DNA of 17,962 nucleotides, counting the filler, from Patellaria atrata CBS 101060 (lineage: Eukaryota): NCBI GenBank assembly GCA_010093705.1. It is 13 parts of 13 records of this genome, joined end to end, with 100 filler letters (N's around TTAATTAATTAA, not from the genome) between each part and the next. Parts side by side here need not be neighbours in the genome. Positions count along the whole stretch, not along the records: positions 1 to 1,434 come from MU006203.1; positions 1,535 to 2,927 come from MU006204.1; positions 3,028 to 4,419 come from MU006205.1; positions 4,520 to 5,887 come from MU006206.1; positions 5,988 to 7,330 come from MU006207.1; positions 7,431 to 8,686 come from MU006208.1; positions 8,787 to 10,077 come from MU006209.1; positions 10,178 to 11,456 come from MU006210.1; 5 more parts are not named here. The stretch is one strand, 5' to 3'. Position numbers and translations under genes: made by a program. Positions 1 to 10,178 of this stretch are shown here, one piece after another; the first letter of the stretch is position 1, and every line of letters starts with the position of its first letter. The notes beneath the pieces were generated by a model that worked only from the letters and a program-made list of their open reading frames with translations, searched no databases and was not told the DNA's origin.

Positions 1-1434
1 ATAATATATAAAAATATATTTATAAATATTTATATTATTAAATTTAAAAAATAATTAATAATAATAATTAAAAGAAAAATATATAAATAAAAGTAAATTT
101 AATATAATAATTTAATAAAATATAATAAAATATTAATAAAAATAATTATTAAAATATTATAAATATTTTAATAATTAAAAAAAATTTAAAATAATAATAA
201 TTATAAAATAATTTAATTAATTATATAATATTATAAAAATTATAAAGAAATTAAATATAATATTTAAATATATAAAAAGAATTTAGAAAAAACTTTTAAA
301 TTTAATATAAATATAAATTATAGAAATTCTTTATTTAAAAATAATTAATTTAATATTTTTTATAATAAATTATTTATATTAAAAAATTTTATAATATTTA
401 ATAATATATAATATTTAATAATATTTTATATTATATTTTAATATATTAAATATAATTTTTTATTTTTTTAAATTATTAAAATTTTATTAAATAATTAAAT
501 AAATAAAAAAAATAATTATAATTTAAATTTAATATTTTTATTAATATATAAATATTAAATAAAAAAATATTTATTAAATATTTATTTTTTATAATTATAT
601 TTATTTTTTATTAATTTAATTTAAAAAATTTTATAAAAAAAATATTATTATTATTATTATTATTTATTTATTTATATATTTTTTATATTTTATTTAATTT
701 TAAAATATTAAATATTTTAATATATTAAAATAAATATTTAATTAAAAATTTAAAATTTTATTAAAATTTATATTAATTATATTATTAAAATTAAATTTTT
801 TATTATATTAAAAAATATTTATATTAATATTATAATAATTAAAAAATATTTAAATAAATTTTTTTAATATTAATTAAATTTTTTATATATTTTAAATTAT
901 TATTTTAAAATTTAATATAAAATTATAAATATTAATATTAATAAAAAAAATTTCTTTTATTATTAATTTATAAATTTTTTTAAATATTAAATAATTTTAA
1001 ATATATTAAAAATTAATTAATTTAATATTAAGAAAATTCTTTAAATATTATTTTTTTAATTATTAAATAATTTATAAAAAATATAAAATTTATTATTTAT
1101 AAAATAATAAAAAATTAAAAAATATATATATATAAATAAAAGAAATATTTAATATATAAAATATATAAAAATTAATTATTTAAAAAAAATTATAAAATAA
1201 TAATTAAATAAAAAATTAAAGAAAAAAAGTTTAATAAAAAAATAATTATATTTATAATATTATAAAAAATATAAAAAGATTAAATATTATAATAATATAT
1301 TATAATATTAATTTTATATTTTCTATATTAAATATTTAATTTATTTATAAAAGATTTTTATTAAATTAAATATAAAAAAAATCTTTAAATATTAATTAAT
1401 TAAATAAAAAATAATTAAATTAAAATTTAATAAA
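1..1434. repeat. RIP-saturated AT-rich repeat relic (contig 1)
   Basis: Only about 18 G/C bases in 1434 nt by eye, all in ApG or CpT context. Its end (1288-1434) is the reverse complement of 8834-8980. Confidence 0.8.
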
Positions 1435-1534
1435 NNNNNNNNNNNNNNNNNNNNNNNNNNNNNNNNNNNNNNNNNNNNTTAATTAATTAANNNNNNNNNN
1501 NNNNNNNNNNNNNNNNNNNNNNNNNNNNNNNNNN
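1435..1534. other. Artificial contig linker N44-TTAATTAATTAA-N44 (first of 12)
   Basis: Identical 100-nt linkers at 1435-1534, 2928-3027, 4420-4519, 5888-5987, 7331-7430, 8687-8786, 10078-10177, 11457-11556, 12814-12913, 14167-14266, 15511-15610 and 16777-16876. The palindromic core gives TAA stops in all six frames. Contig lengths mostly decrease along the window. Confidence 0.98.
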
Positions 1535-3027
1535 TTTTGACAGTTGGTGGGCTGATGGCTGCTGGTCATTTTTGCGATACCCTGAGCTTGTTAATTGATG
1601 CTCTAGAATTTCTGGGCTGGTTGCCTTTTCCAAATCTCAAATTTCCCAATCTCTTGTCAAAAAGATAGTACCATGGCAGCCGCGGCAGGAACAAGTGTCT
1701 TGCTCTTCCCTTGGACGGTTCCCACACTCTTGCTCTTTGGGAAATGAGCTCCAAACCTAACCTTGCTGAAGAGATGGACTGTTCACCACGGTCGTCACTG
1801 GTCTTTTCGAGAATACGATACAGATTGGAAGACGCAGTGGACCACAGCGCTCGCTCCTGCTGGCATCTGCTCTTTCCCAAACCTTCTTTCTTTTGACAAC
1901 AAGTCCTTTTTTGACCCGAGAGACTTGACGCGATCTCAACTCTCTTGCCCGCCCATTTCTATATCGTGTACTGTAAAAGTACTTCTTTATGCATTTCATA
2001 TACAAGAATCTATCAAGGGGAGCTCCGCCCCAAAACTATCCACTGGTACTTCTCTGTTTTTATATTTCTACCCTAGAACCTCGAAGTAGGAGCAGTAAGT
2101 AGCAATCAGCTCATTTCTACCTGGTCCGTTACGCTCGAAAATCAGGACTGGCTACAATTTGTAGGAAACGATGTAGTTATCACATTCGAATATAGTTCGC
2201 AGAAGTAAGACAGGAGCAGATTGTACCATATTCAGAAGAGGTAGGAATGGATTTCCAGACCGTAAAGGGAGCAGGGACAGCGACACTGGAAACGTGAACA
2301 TGACGCGAATAACTTCTATATCCCCCTTTCCACATCTCTTTTTCCTCGGCCGTTTCATAAGTAGCTCACCGGAGTGGGTACCCATACCTGACTGCACTAG
2401 AAATCCCTCCTATCAATGCCTCCATGATCTCCGTACGCTTACATCTACAAGCCGTCCCTCTTGGATGTACAGTCAAATCAAACCTTGGGAGGAGAGAAAA
2501 TTTCTAAGTTGGACGATATGCATACGGCGCATAGACGGGACTGCAATACCTTACCCGTCCGACTATGTCACTGGAGACTATAACACAATAGAAACGCGAT
2601 TGCACGGTATCTATACCACCACTCGTATACCACGGCATCAAGGTTACCGTACGCATATACCGCACAAGAACAACTCTGCCCAGCTCAGGTAATCCTGGGA
2701 AACGCGTACTTTACCAGGCAGCGCTTCCCTTTCCTTACCGCAGCACGCACATACATAACCATACTATACCCCGGACTCATCTCTCTACAGCAGAACCATC
2801 ACGATCACTGTATTGTACTGCACTGTTCGCCTCTTTATACGCAACACTCCCATCTCACCTTGGTTTTCCACCGACGAAGAAAAACCCCCAATTTAAGCCT
2901 CGAACGCGCGTTGGGGAAAGGGGACCCNNNNNNNNNNNNNNNNNNNNNNNNNNNNNNNNNNNNNNNNNNNNTTAATTAATTAANNNNNNNNNNNNNNNNN
3001 NNNNNNNNNNNNNNNNNNNNNNNNNNN

Positions 3028-3217
3028 ATATCACTAAAACAGTGGATAGGGCCTTCCTACCTACCCTTAAAACTACCACATCAGTCCACGAACTTCTCAA
3101 ATACTTCCATAACCGATTTGCTCATACTCAAGCAAATCAAGAGGACCTTGTTCCATAGCAGTACAATAAAGGGAAACTCTTTGATCCACGTCGTCACAAC
3201 ATTGAAGAATGGTGGCA
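3028..3217 (+). repeat. Inverted duplicate of gag segment 4098-4287
   Basis: 3028-3208 is the reverse complement of 4107-4287 with 2 mismatches (3123/4192 and 3200/4115). Pairing continues imperfectly to 3217/4098. Confidence 0.95.
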
Positions 3218-4417
3218 CTAGGGCGACGTGTTTAAGAGTGGCCTTCTTGATTCCATTAGGAGTCGAGAATGGAATGAACACCTCTCCCCATGCTTGTATC
3301 TGCATTTCCTGCCCTCCAGCTAGTATCACGTCGTCGTCAGCTGCTGGTGCTTTCCAGCGGAACTCTATAGGGTTGTTGCAGATGTGGACGTCTGAAGCGG
3401 GGTTAAGAGTCCAAGAATGATGTAATGGATATTGTTGAGCGGAGCCTTGGTTGAAATTCGACGAATTGACTGCAAAGGGTCAATTAGTTGACGGGTGAAA
3501 GCTGAGTCGACTTCTAGTTGGTCTAAATCGAGTTGGTTGGTTTTAGGTTTCTTGCTACGTTCCCTGTTTCTAGCTCGTATTCTGTTGAGGATTCCTTTCT
3601 TGTCTTTAGCTTCAAACTCAGCAACTTTCTTGGCTTTTTCAGGGTCTTCGACAAATCCTCTTTCTCTAACACTTGGGTCAATGTAAGGACATTTACCCCA
3701 GATGTTGTCATGACTGTCTCCATCTCCGGCTGGACAGGGCTTGGTTGGTTTCCTTTCCCCAAACTTTCTCTTCTTATTGTATGGAGATTCCTCTCCATTG
3801 AGAGTTGCAAAGACACCTCCATGAATGTTGGCTTTCTTTGTATGTGTAGCTCGATAGTATTGGAGAAACTCATTGATGAGATAATCAACTATGCATTCGG
3901 GATCAATCTGAGCAGTGACATTCTGACGACGAGCTTTAGTAAAAGTTTCTTGAGCTTTGAAGATCCTGATTCCCATGAGAGCAGTCTGAGCAGGTTCGAG
4001 ATACTTGAAAGCTCTTATAAGATCTTTCTGAGCACGGTATCCAGAGACATCTGGTAAGTCCAAGCTCTCTGCCTCAATGTATACATTTGCGAAATGATGG
4101 CACCAATCTTCAATATTGTGACGACGTGGATCAAAGAGTTTCCCTTTATTGTACTGCTATGGAACAAGGTCCTCTTGATTTGCTTGAGTATAAGCAAATC
4201 GGTTATGGAAGTATTTGAGAAGTTCGTGGACTGATGTGGTAGTTTTAAGGGTAGGTAGGAAGGCCCTATCCACTGTTTTAGTGATATGTACTCTGATAAG
4301 ACCAAGTTTCTCTTGTTTGCATTCAAATTGTTTGAGGGAATGCTTGTACTGATCAAACGCATCTGAGAATGGTTCTCCTTCAGCGGTAAGTGTTTTATTC
4401 TCAGCATGTCTGATAGG
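3209..4417 (-). mobile_element. Ty1/Copia LTR retrotransposon internal fragment (gag plus aspartic protease), degenerate
   Basis: The gag frame is open from the contig edge (PIRHAENK...NIEDWCHHF...LDLPDVSGYRAQKDLIRAFK...) with one TAG at 4157-4159. A degenerate knuckle CPAGDGDSHDNIWGKCPY lies at 3683-3736. A second frame from 3479 gives YPLHHSWTLNPASDVHICNN...ILAGGQEMQIQAWGEV...TLKHVALVPPFF, matching the Copia protease pattern W-x-L-D-x-x-x-x-x-H-x-C-N ... L-x-x-V-x-x-V-P. Confidence 0.85.
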
Positions 4418-4519
4418 TANNNNNNNNNNNNNNNNNNNNNNNNNNNNNNNNNNNNNNNNNNNNTTAATTAATTAANNNNNNNNNNNNNNNNNNNNNNNNN
4501 NNNNNNNNNNNNNNNNNNN

Positions 4520-5887
4520 TAATATTATTATTTTTTAATTTAATTTTTATATTTAGTAATTAATAATAAAGATAATTAAAATATAATTATTATAATTATA
4601 TTATATTATTATATTAATTATAAATTAATTATATTAAATATTTAATATTTTCTTTTAATAATAAAACTTTTTAATAAATTAAAAAGTTTCTTTATTTTTT
4701 TTTATATTTTTTTAAACTTCTTTAATAATATAGTTATATAAATAAATAAATAAATAATAATAAAATATTTTATATTAATTAAAGATAAAATAAATAATAT
4801 ATAAAAGATTTAAAATTTTTAAAAATTTTATTTAAAAAATTTTTAATTAAAATATAAATAAAAAATATTATATAATTAATATTTAAATTTATATTAATAT
4901 AAATATTTTAAAATAATATTTATAATATTATATTTCTATATATTTATAATTATAATATAAATTATAGAATTATTAAATTTTTTAAAAATTAAAATTAAAT
5001 TTATTTATAATTAAAATTAAATTTATTTATAATTAATTAAATCTAAATTTATATTAAATTTATATTTAAAATTTAATTTAAATCTATTTAAATTTAATTT
5101 ATAATTATTATTATTAAATTTTTATTTATTAAAAATTAATATTAATTTAAAAATTTTAATAATATAAAAATTATTTATAAATTTAAATATATAATTAAGT
5201 TTAAATTAATATATAATAATAATTTAAATTTTAATTTATTATTATCTTTAAATAATATTATTATTAAAATAAATATAAATAAAACTTTTTTATAATTAAT
5301 AAATTTAATTATAAAATAAAATAAATTTATAAATATATAAAATATATTATTTAATTTTTAAAAAAGAGATTATCTTTAATTATTATATATTATAAATATA
5401 TATTAAAATAGATAAAATAATATAAAATTATTTAATAATAAAATTTATTATTAAATAAATAAATATTAATTAATTTAAAATAATAATAAAAATAATAATA
5501 TAAAATAATAATTTAAAATAAAATATTAAATTATATTAAAATAAATTTTTAATAAAAGTATAAATTTATAATATTTTATTTATTCTCTTTTTAATTTAAT
5601 ATTATTATTAATTATTTAATATATAATTTTATTTCTTTTAATAATTATAAATTAAATAATATATTTAATATATTTTTAAATTTAATTTATTTAATATTAA
5701 TTTATAATTATTATTATTTATAAAATTAATATTATATTTTAATTAAAATATTTTATTATCTTTTTAAAAGATTATAAAAGATAAATTTAATTTAATATAA
5801 TAATATAATATAATTATAATAATTATATTTTAATTATCTTTATTATTAATTATTAAATATAAAAATTAAATTAAAAAATAATAATAT
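4520..5887. repeat. RIP-saturated AT-rich repeat relic (contig 4)
   Basis: Near-total loss of G/C, with survivors in AG/CT context. 5796-5887 matches 15361-15452 with 2 mismatches. Confidence 0.8.
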
Positions 5888-7432
5888 NNNNNNNNNNNNN
5901 NNNNNNNNNNNNNNNNNNNNNNNNNNNNNNNTTAATTAATTAANNNNNNNNNNNNNNNNNNNNNNNNNNNNNNNNNNNNNNNNNNNNCACGTGTGCTCCC
6001 ACTCGACTTAAAATCTGCATCAAAACTTCGAATTACCGTTTGTATGTAAAAGTTCAGGTAGACTAACGAATGGTAGCTCGATATAACCAATTCACCCTGA
6101 ACATCGAAAAGGTATTAGGGGTTTTACAACACTCAATTACAAGGAGTCACTCGAGTATGGTTCATGGTGATACATGAAGATATCGGAGGTACATAGTGGT
6201 CTGATACTAATCCAAGAGACTGGTAAATCGAATAATGAATTATAATGTGAACAGAGCTTAGCAAACACTGAAAATCATCTCTGAGTACGGAAACCGCAAT
6301 GGAACAATCTAAGGTTACAATAGATGCAAATGAGATACATGTTACAAAAAGGATAAGTTGAGACTCCCGAGTAGCAGAACTAAAAGGACTCTGGAAGCGC
6401 AGTATTGTGGGTGGCAGGGTCTTGAGGTTTTGTAGGTCGAATATGAACATCCTTCCACAGGCGCATATAACTAAGAAGAATCGCAAGGTCTTGAATTACG
6501 GTCCACAAGGTGAGCTATCGGGTGCACCATCTGCAAGTTTTTCCAACGAACCAGCCACCGTATGATTGACTATGCAGAGCATACTAATCTGCTGTACGAT
6601 CAGCATGTTACTTTGTTTGCAAATGCAATACAAGAGAAGTCTTGACTACTTTGTCAAGCTTAACTGATGGATCCACATTACAGGGTATGTCCGGCCTAGG
6701 TTATATTCTATCAATTGATCGAACAGGCTATATGGCACGTGCGAGACGCTTCAAAGTTGCCATTAACGTTTTGCGAAATAGGAACTGGTGCTACTTCTAC
6801 TCCAACCTATATACGCGGACCGTTCGACTGCTTCTAGCTCAAGTAATCGTGGTTGAAGATGGCCTCGCGGTCCAAGGACCTAAGAATCCCACAACAGTGG
6901 AAGTAAAGACCTACAGTTCACGCCGTTAGATATAGTACTAGTAGTCCAACCACCTTCAGCCCCTTTATAGAGTCCCTTTGATATGTACATTATATATCGC
7001 TGCTTCTGGCCGTTCTACTGCTGCCCGAACTGTATGGAAGGAAAACTAAGCACCCTATATCTGGGAAAATGAAAGCGCACTACAAAATAATCATTCTTTC
7101 GTAAGTTTAACATTTTAAGGTTGACGAGTCCCTTCGAATGATGATGAAGACGTTGTTAAGTTGCGTCGATCACAGTGAACGATTGGCGCTTTAAGGGTCT
7201 TGTTCAGGCCGTGCACGGTTTCAGAGCGTGCACGGTCGCCCACCAAAATTTAGTTGTCAAAATACACGTATCCGGAGAATAATAAGGACTACTTTTTACT
7301 CCACCACCACCAATATGACTCCAATTGAGGNNNNNNNNNNNNNNNNNNNNNNNNNNNNNNNNNNNNNNNNNNNNTTAATTAATTAANNNNNNNNNNNNNN
7401 NNNNNNNNNNNNNNNNNNNNNNNNNNNNNNTA

Positions 7433-8686
7433 TTAGACTACGAGGGAGGCCGTCTTCGAAGAGACCACGAAGCTAAGAACTCTATTCTTCTAACATGGCA
7501 AATCTCGTTCAACCATATACTCCATGTAAGGCGGTCAGCAGCAGACCTCCTATCCTTAATGAGCTTCTTTGACCGGCAGGGGATTCCCGATACGCTTATT
7601 CGCACTCAAAGTAGGATGGGGAATAGATATGGGGACGTAGGAGCAATTAACATAGACGGCGAAAATAGTAATAGCGATGATAGTAAATCGGAAGCCAGCA
7701 TCGACGACGGGTTCGAAGAGGATATTCTTACGTTGAGGAACTACTCGTTTATCGCACTTACCACTGATGCAGTCACATTTGACATGCATATGCTTGTGCA
7801 GCTGGCCATGCGGAAGTGGTTGGAAGAGCAAGGCCAACTAGAGACATGGAAACAGCAGTTCATCAACAATCTTTGTATAGAATTTCCGACGGGGGAACAT
7901 AAGAACTGGGCCAAATGTCAGACGCTCTTTCCACATGTTAAGTCGGCGCTGTCACAGCCGCCCAAGTCTGACGAATGCCTCAGACAGTGGGCTCTATTGT
8001 TGTATAGGGCAGCGTCGTATGCGTGGCAAAAAGGAAGTCTGAGCGATGCTGAGATACTATCGATGAGGTCAATGAAGGTTAGGACAAAACTGCTTGGTAG
8101 AGTGCATGAGGACACATTAAGCAGTATGGAGATGGTAGGGCTAGCAACAAGCCTTGCCGGACGGTGGAAGGAGGCCGAAGAGCTGTTTATGCAAGTGATG
8201 GAGACGAGAAAGAGGATGCTTAGGGAGGAGCATCCTTCCACACTGACCAGCATGGCCAACCTAGCGTCGACGTACAGGAATCAAGGGCGATGGAAGGAGG
8301 CTGAAGAGTTATTTATGCAAGTGATAGAGACGAGAAAGAGGGTACTTGGGGAGGAGCATCCTTCCACGCTGACCAGCATAGCCAACCTGGCGTCGACGTA
8401 CAGGAATCAAGGGCGATGGAAGGAGGCCGAAGAGTTGGAGGTGCAAGTGATGGAGACGAGCTCGAGGGTGCTTGGGGAGGAGCATCCAGAGACGCTGACC
8501 AGCATAGCTAACTTGGCGTCGACGTACATGAATCAAGGGCGATGGAAGAAGGCCGAAGAGCTGGAGGTGCAAGTGATGGAGACGAGCTCGAGGGTACTTG
8601 GGGAGGAGCATCCTTCCACGCTGACCAACATGTCCAACCTAGCGTCGACGTACAGGAATCAAGGGCGATGGAAGGAGGCCGAAGAG
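7433..8686 (+). CDS. Fungal NLR-like NB-ARC-TPR protein (kinesin light chain-type TPR repeats), internal fragment truncated at both ends
   Basis: The frame is open from the contig edge (LDYEGGRLRRDHEAKNSILLTWQISF...AADLLSLMSFFDRQGIP...FDMHMLVQ, typical of the helical/winged-helix region after NB-ARC). It is followed by 42-aa repeats WKEAEEL..QVMET..RVLGEEHPSTLTS.ANLASTYRNQGR. The ATG at 7559 is internal. Confidence 0.92.
8165..8686 (+). repeat. Tandem 126-bp TPR-coding repeats (4 full plus a partial; runs off the contig)
   Basis: Units start at 8165, 8291, 8417, 8543 and 8669, with high nucleotide identity. Confidence 0.95.
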
Positions 8687-8786
8687 NNNNNNNNNNNNNN
8701 NNNNNNNNNNNNNNNNNNNNNNNNNNNNNNTTAATTAATTAANNNNNNNNNNNNNNNNNNNNNNNNNNNNNNNNNNNNNNNNNNNN

Positions 8787-8980
8787 AAAAATAATAATAT
8801 TATAAATTAAATATTTATATATAATAATTTTATTTTATTAAATTTTAATTTAATTATTTTTTATTTAATTAATTAATATTTTAATATTTTTTTTATATTT
8901 AATTTAATAAAAATCTTTTATAAATAAATTAAATATAAAATATAGAAAATATAAAATTAATATTATAATATATTATTATA
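8787..8980 (+). mobile_element. Right part of a ~272-bp LTR-like element with inverted ends (other pieces at 15361-15510, 5796-5887, and 1288-1434 on the minus strand)
   Basis: Homology between contigs starts sharply at TATAATAATATA (5796, 15361) and stops sharply at TATATTATTATA (8980, 1288). These ends are 12-bp inverted repeats, consistent with RIP-mutated TGT...ACA termini. Confidence 0.55.
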
Positions 8981-10077
8981 TTTATAAAATAAAATAAATT
9001 TTAAATATATAATAAATAATTAATTAATATAAATATTTAATAAAATAAAAAGATTAAAAATATATAAATAATATATAAAAATAATTTAAATATTTAATAA
9101 ATTATAATTAAAAATTTAAATTATTTTATTATTAAAATTAAGAAATTTTAAATTTTTAAAATTAAAAAAATTTAAATTAAATTAATTAAAAGAAAATATA
9201 ATAATAAAAAAAAAATAATTAAAGAAATTTATTATTTTTTAATTTTTTATTTTAAAGTTTTTAATTTTTTAATAAAATTAAATTTATAATAAATTATTTT
9301 ACTTTTCTTTTAATTTAATAAAAATAATTATTAATATAAATAATAAATTTAAATATAAATAATTTTTTTAATATTTTTTATAATAATAAATTAAATATAA
9401 AATTTTATTTTTAAATTATTTATTTTATTTTAATTTTTTTATATTATAATAAAATTATACTTTAAATTATAAATAATATATTTAAAATAAAAATTAGAAT
9501 AAAAATTAAGATAATAAATATAAAATAATAATAATAAAGAAAATAGAAAATAAATATTTATTAACTAAAAAATATAATTTAAATTATAAAATTTAATTTA
9601 AAATATTTTAAAAAAAAATAAATATAATTTAATAAATAAATAATATATTTATTTTATATTTAAATAAAAAAAATAAACTTTTAAAATAAAAATTAAAAAA
9701 AGAGAAAATAATATTATAATTATAAATTATAAAAGTATATAATTTATAAATAAAAGAAAAATAAAAATATTATTTAAAGAAATTATAAATAAAATTAATA
9801 ATTAAAGATTATATAATATAAATATTTAAAATATTATAAATATAAATATTTAAAATATTTAAAATATTTAAATAAATAATAAATATAATAAATATTTTAA
9901 ATATAAATATTTAAAATATCTAAAATATTTAAAGAATATTAAATTAATTATAAAAAATAAAAATATTTAAAAATAATTTTTTTTTTATATATTTAAATTT
10001 TTTATAATTATTTTTATTATTAATTTTATCTATAAATTTAAATATTATAATTTTAAATTTAACTTTATTTATTATAT
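8787..10077. repeat. RIP-saturated AT-rich repeat relic (contig 7)
   Basis: Extreme AT content. It shares blocks with contigs 1, 10 and 11, and has a 9-bp (AAATATTTA)-like tandem block at about 9820-9940. Confidence 0.8.
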
Positions 10078-10178
10078 NNNNNNNNNNNNNNNNNNNNNNN
10101 NNNNNNNNNNNNNNNNNNNNNTTAATTAATTAANNNNNNNNNNNNNNNNNNNNNNNNNNNNNNNNNNNNNNNNNNNNC

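Noticed and set aside
1535..2927. Short overlapping ORFs in contig 2
   Set aside because: No recognisable motif or consistent frame. It is probably intergenic or degenerate, and is left unassigned.
4015..4407. 130-aa minus-strand ORF, plus ORFs 3118-3420, 3533-4057 and 3523-3888
   Set aside because: These are off-frame or antisense to the gag/protease frames, which carry the recognisable motifs.
4520..5887. AT-rich contigs as mitochondrial spacer or foreign AT-rich DNA
   Set aside because: The strict CpT/ApG survival pattern and multi-copy homology fit RIP better, and the true mitochondrial-type contig (11557-12813) has far more GC.
5988..7330. ORFs 6133-6486 and 6642-6929, and the repeated CGTGCACGGT near 7210-7237, in contig 5
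   Set aside because: No recognisable protein, and the short repeat is too small to assign a function.
7556..8742. Antisense and alternate ORFs over the TPR gene, and ORFs ending in X...LIN
   Set aside because: These are shadow frames, and the X/LIN tails are translated linker.
5791..8985. Target-site duplication around the 272-bp element
   Set aside because: The flanks (TTTAA and ATAAT on the left; TTTAT and ATATT on the right) match only 4/5, which is uninformative in AT-only DNA, and they come from different contigs.
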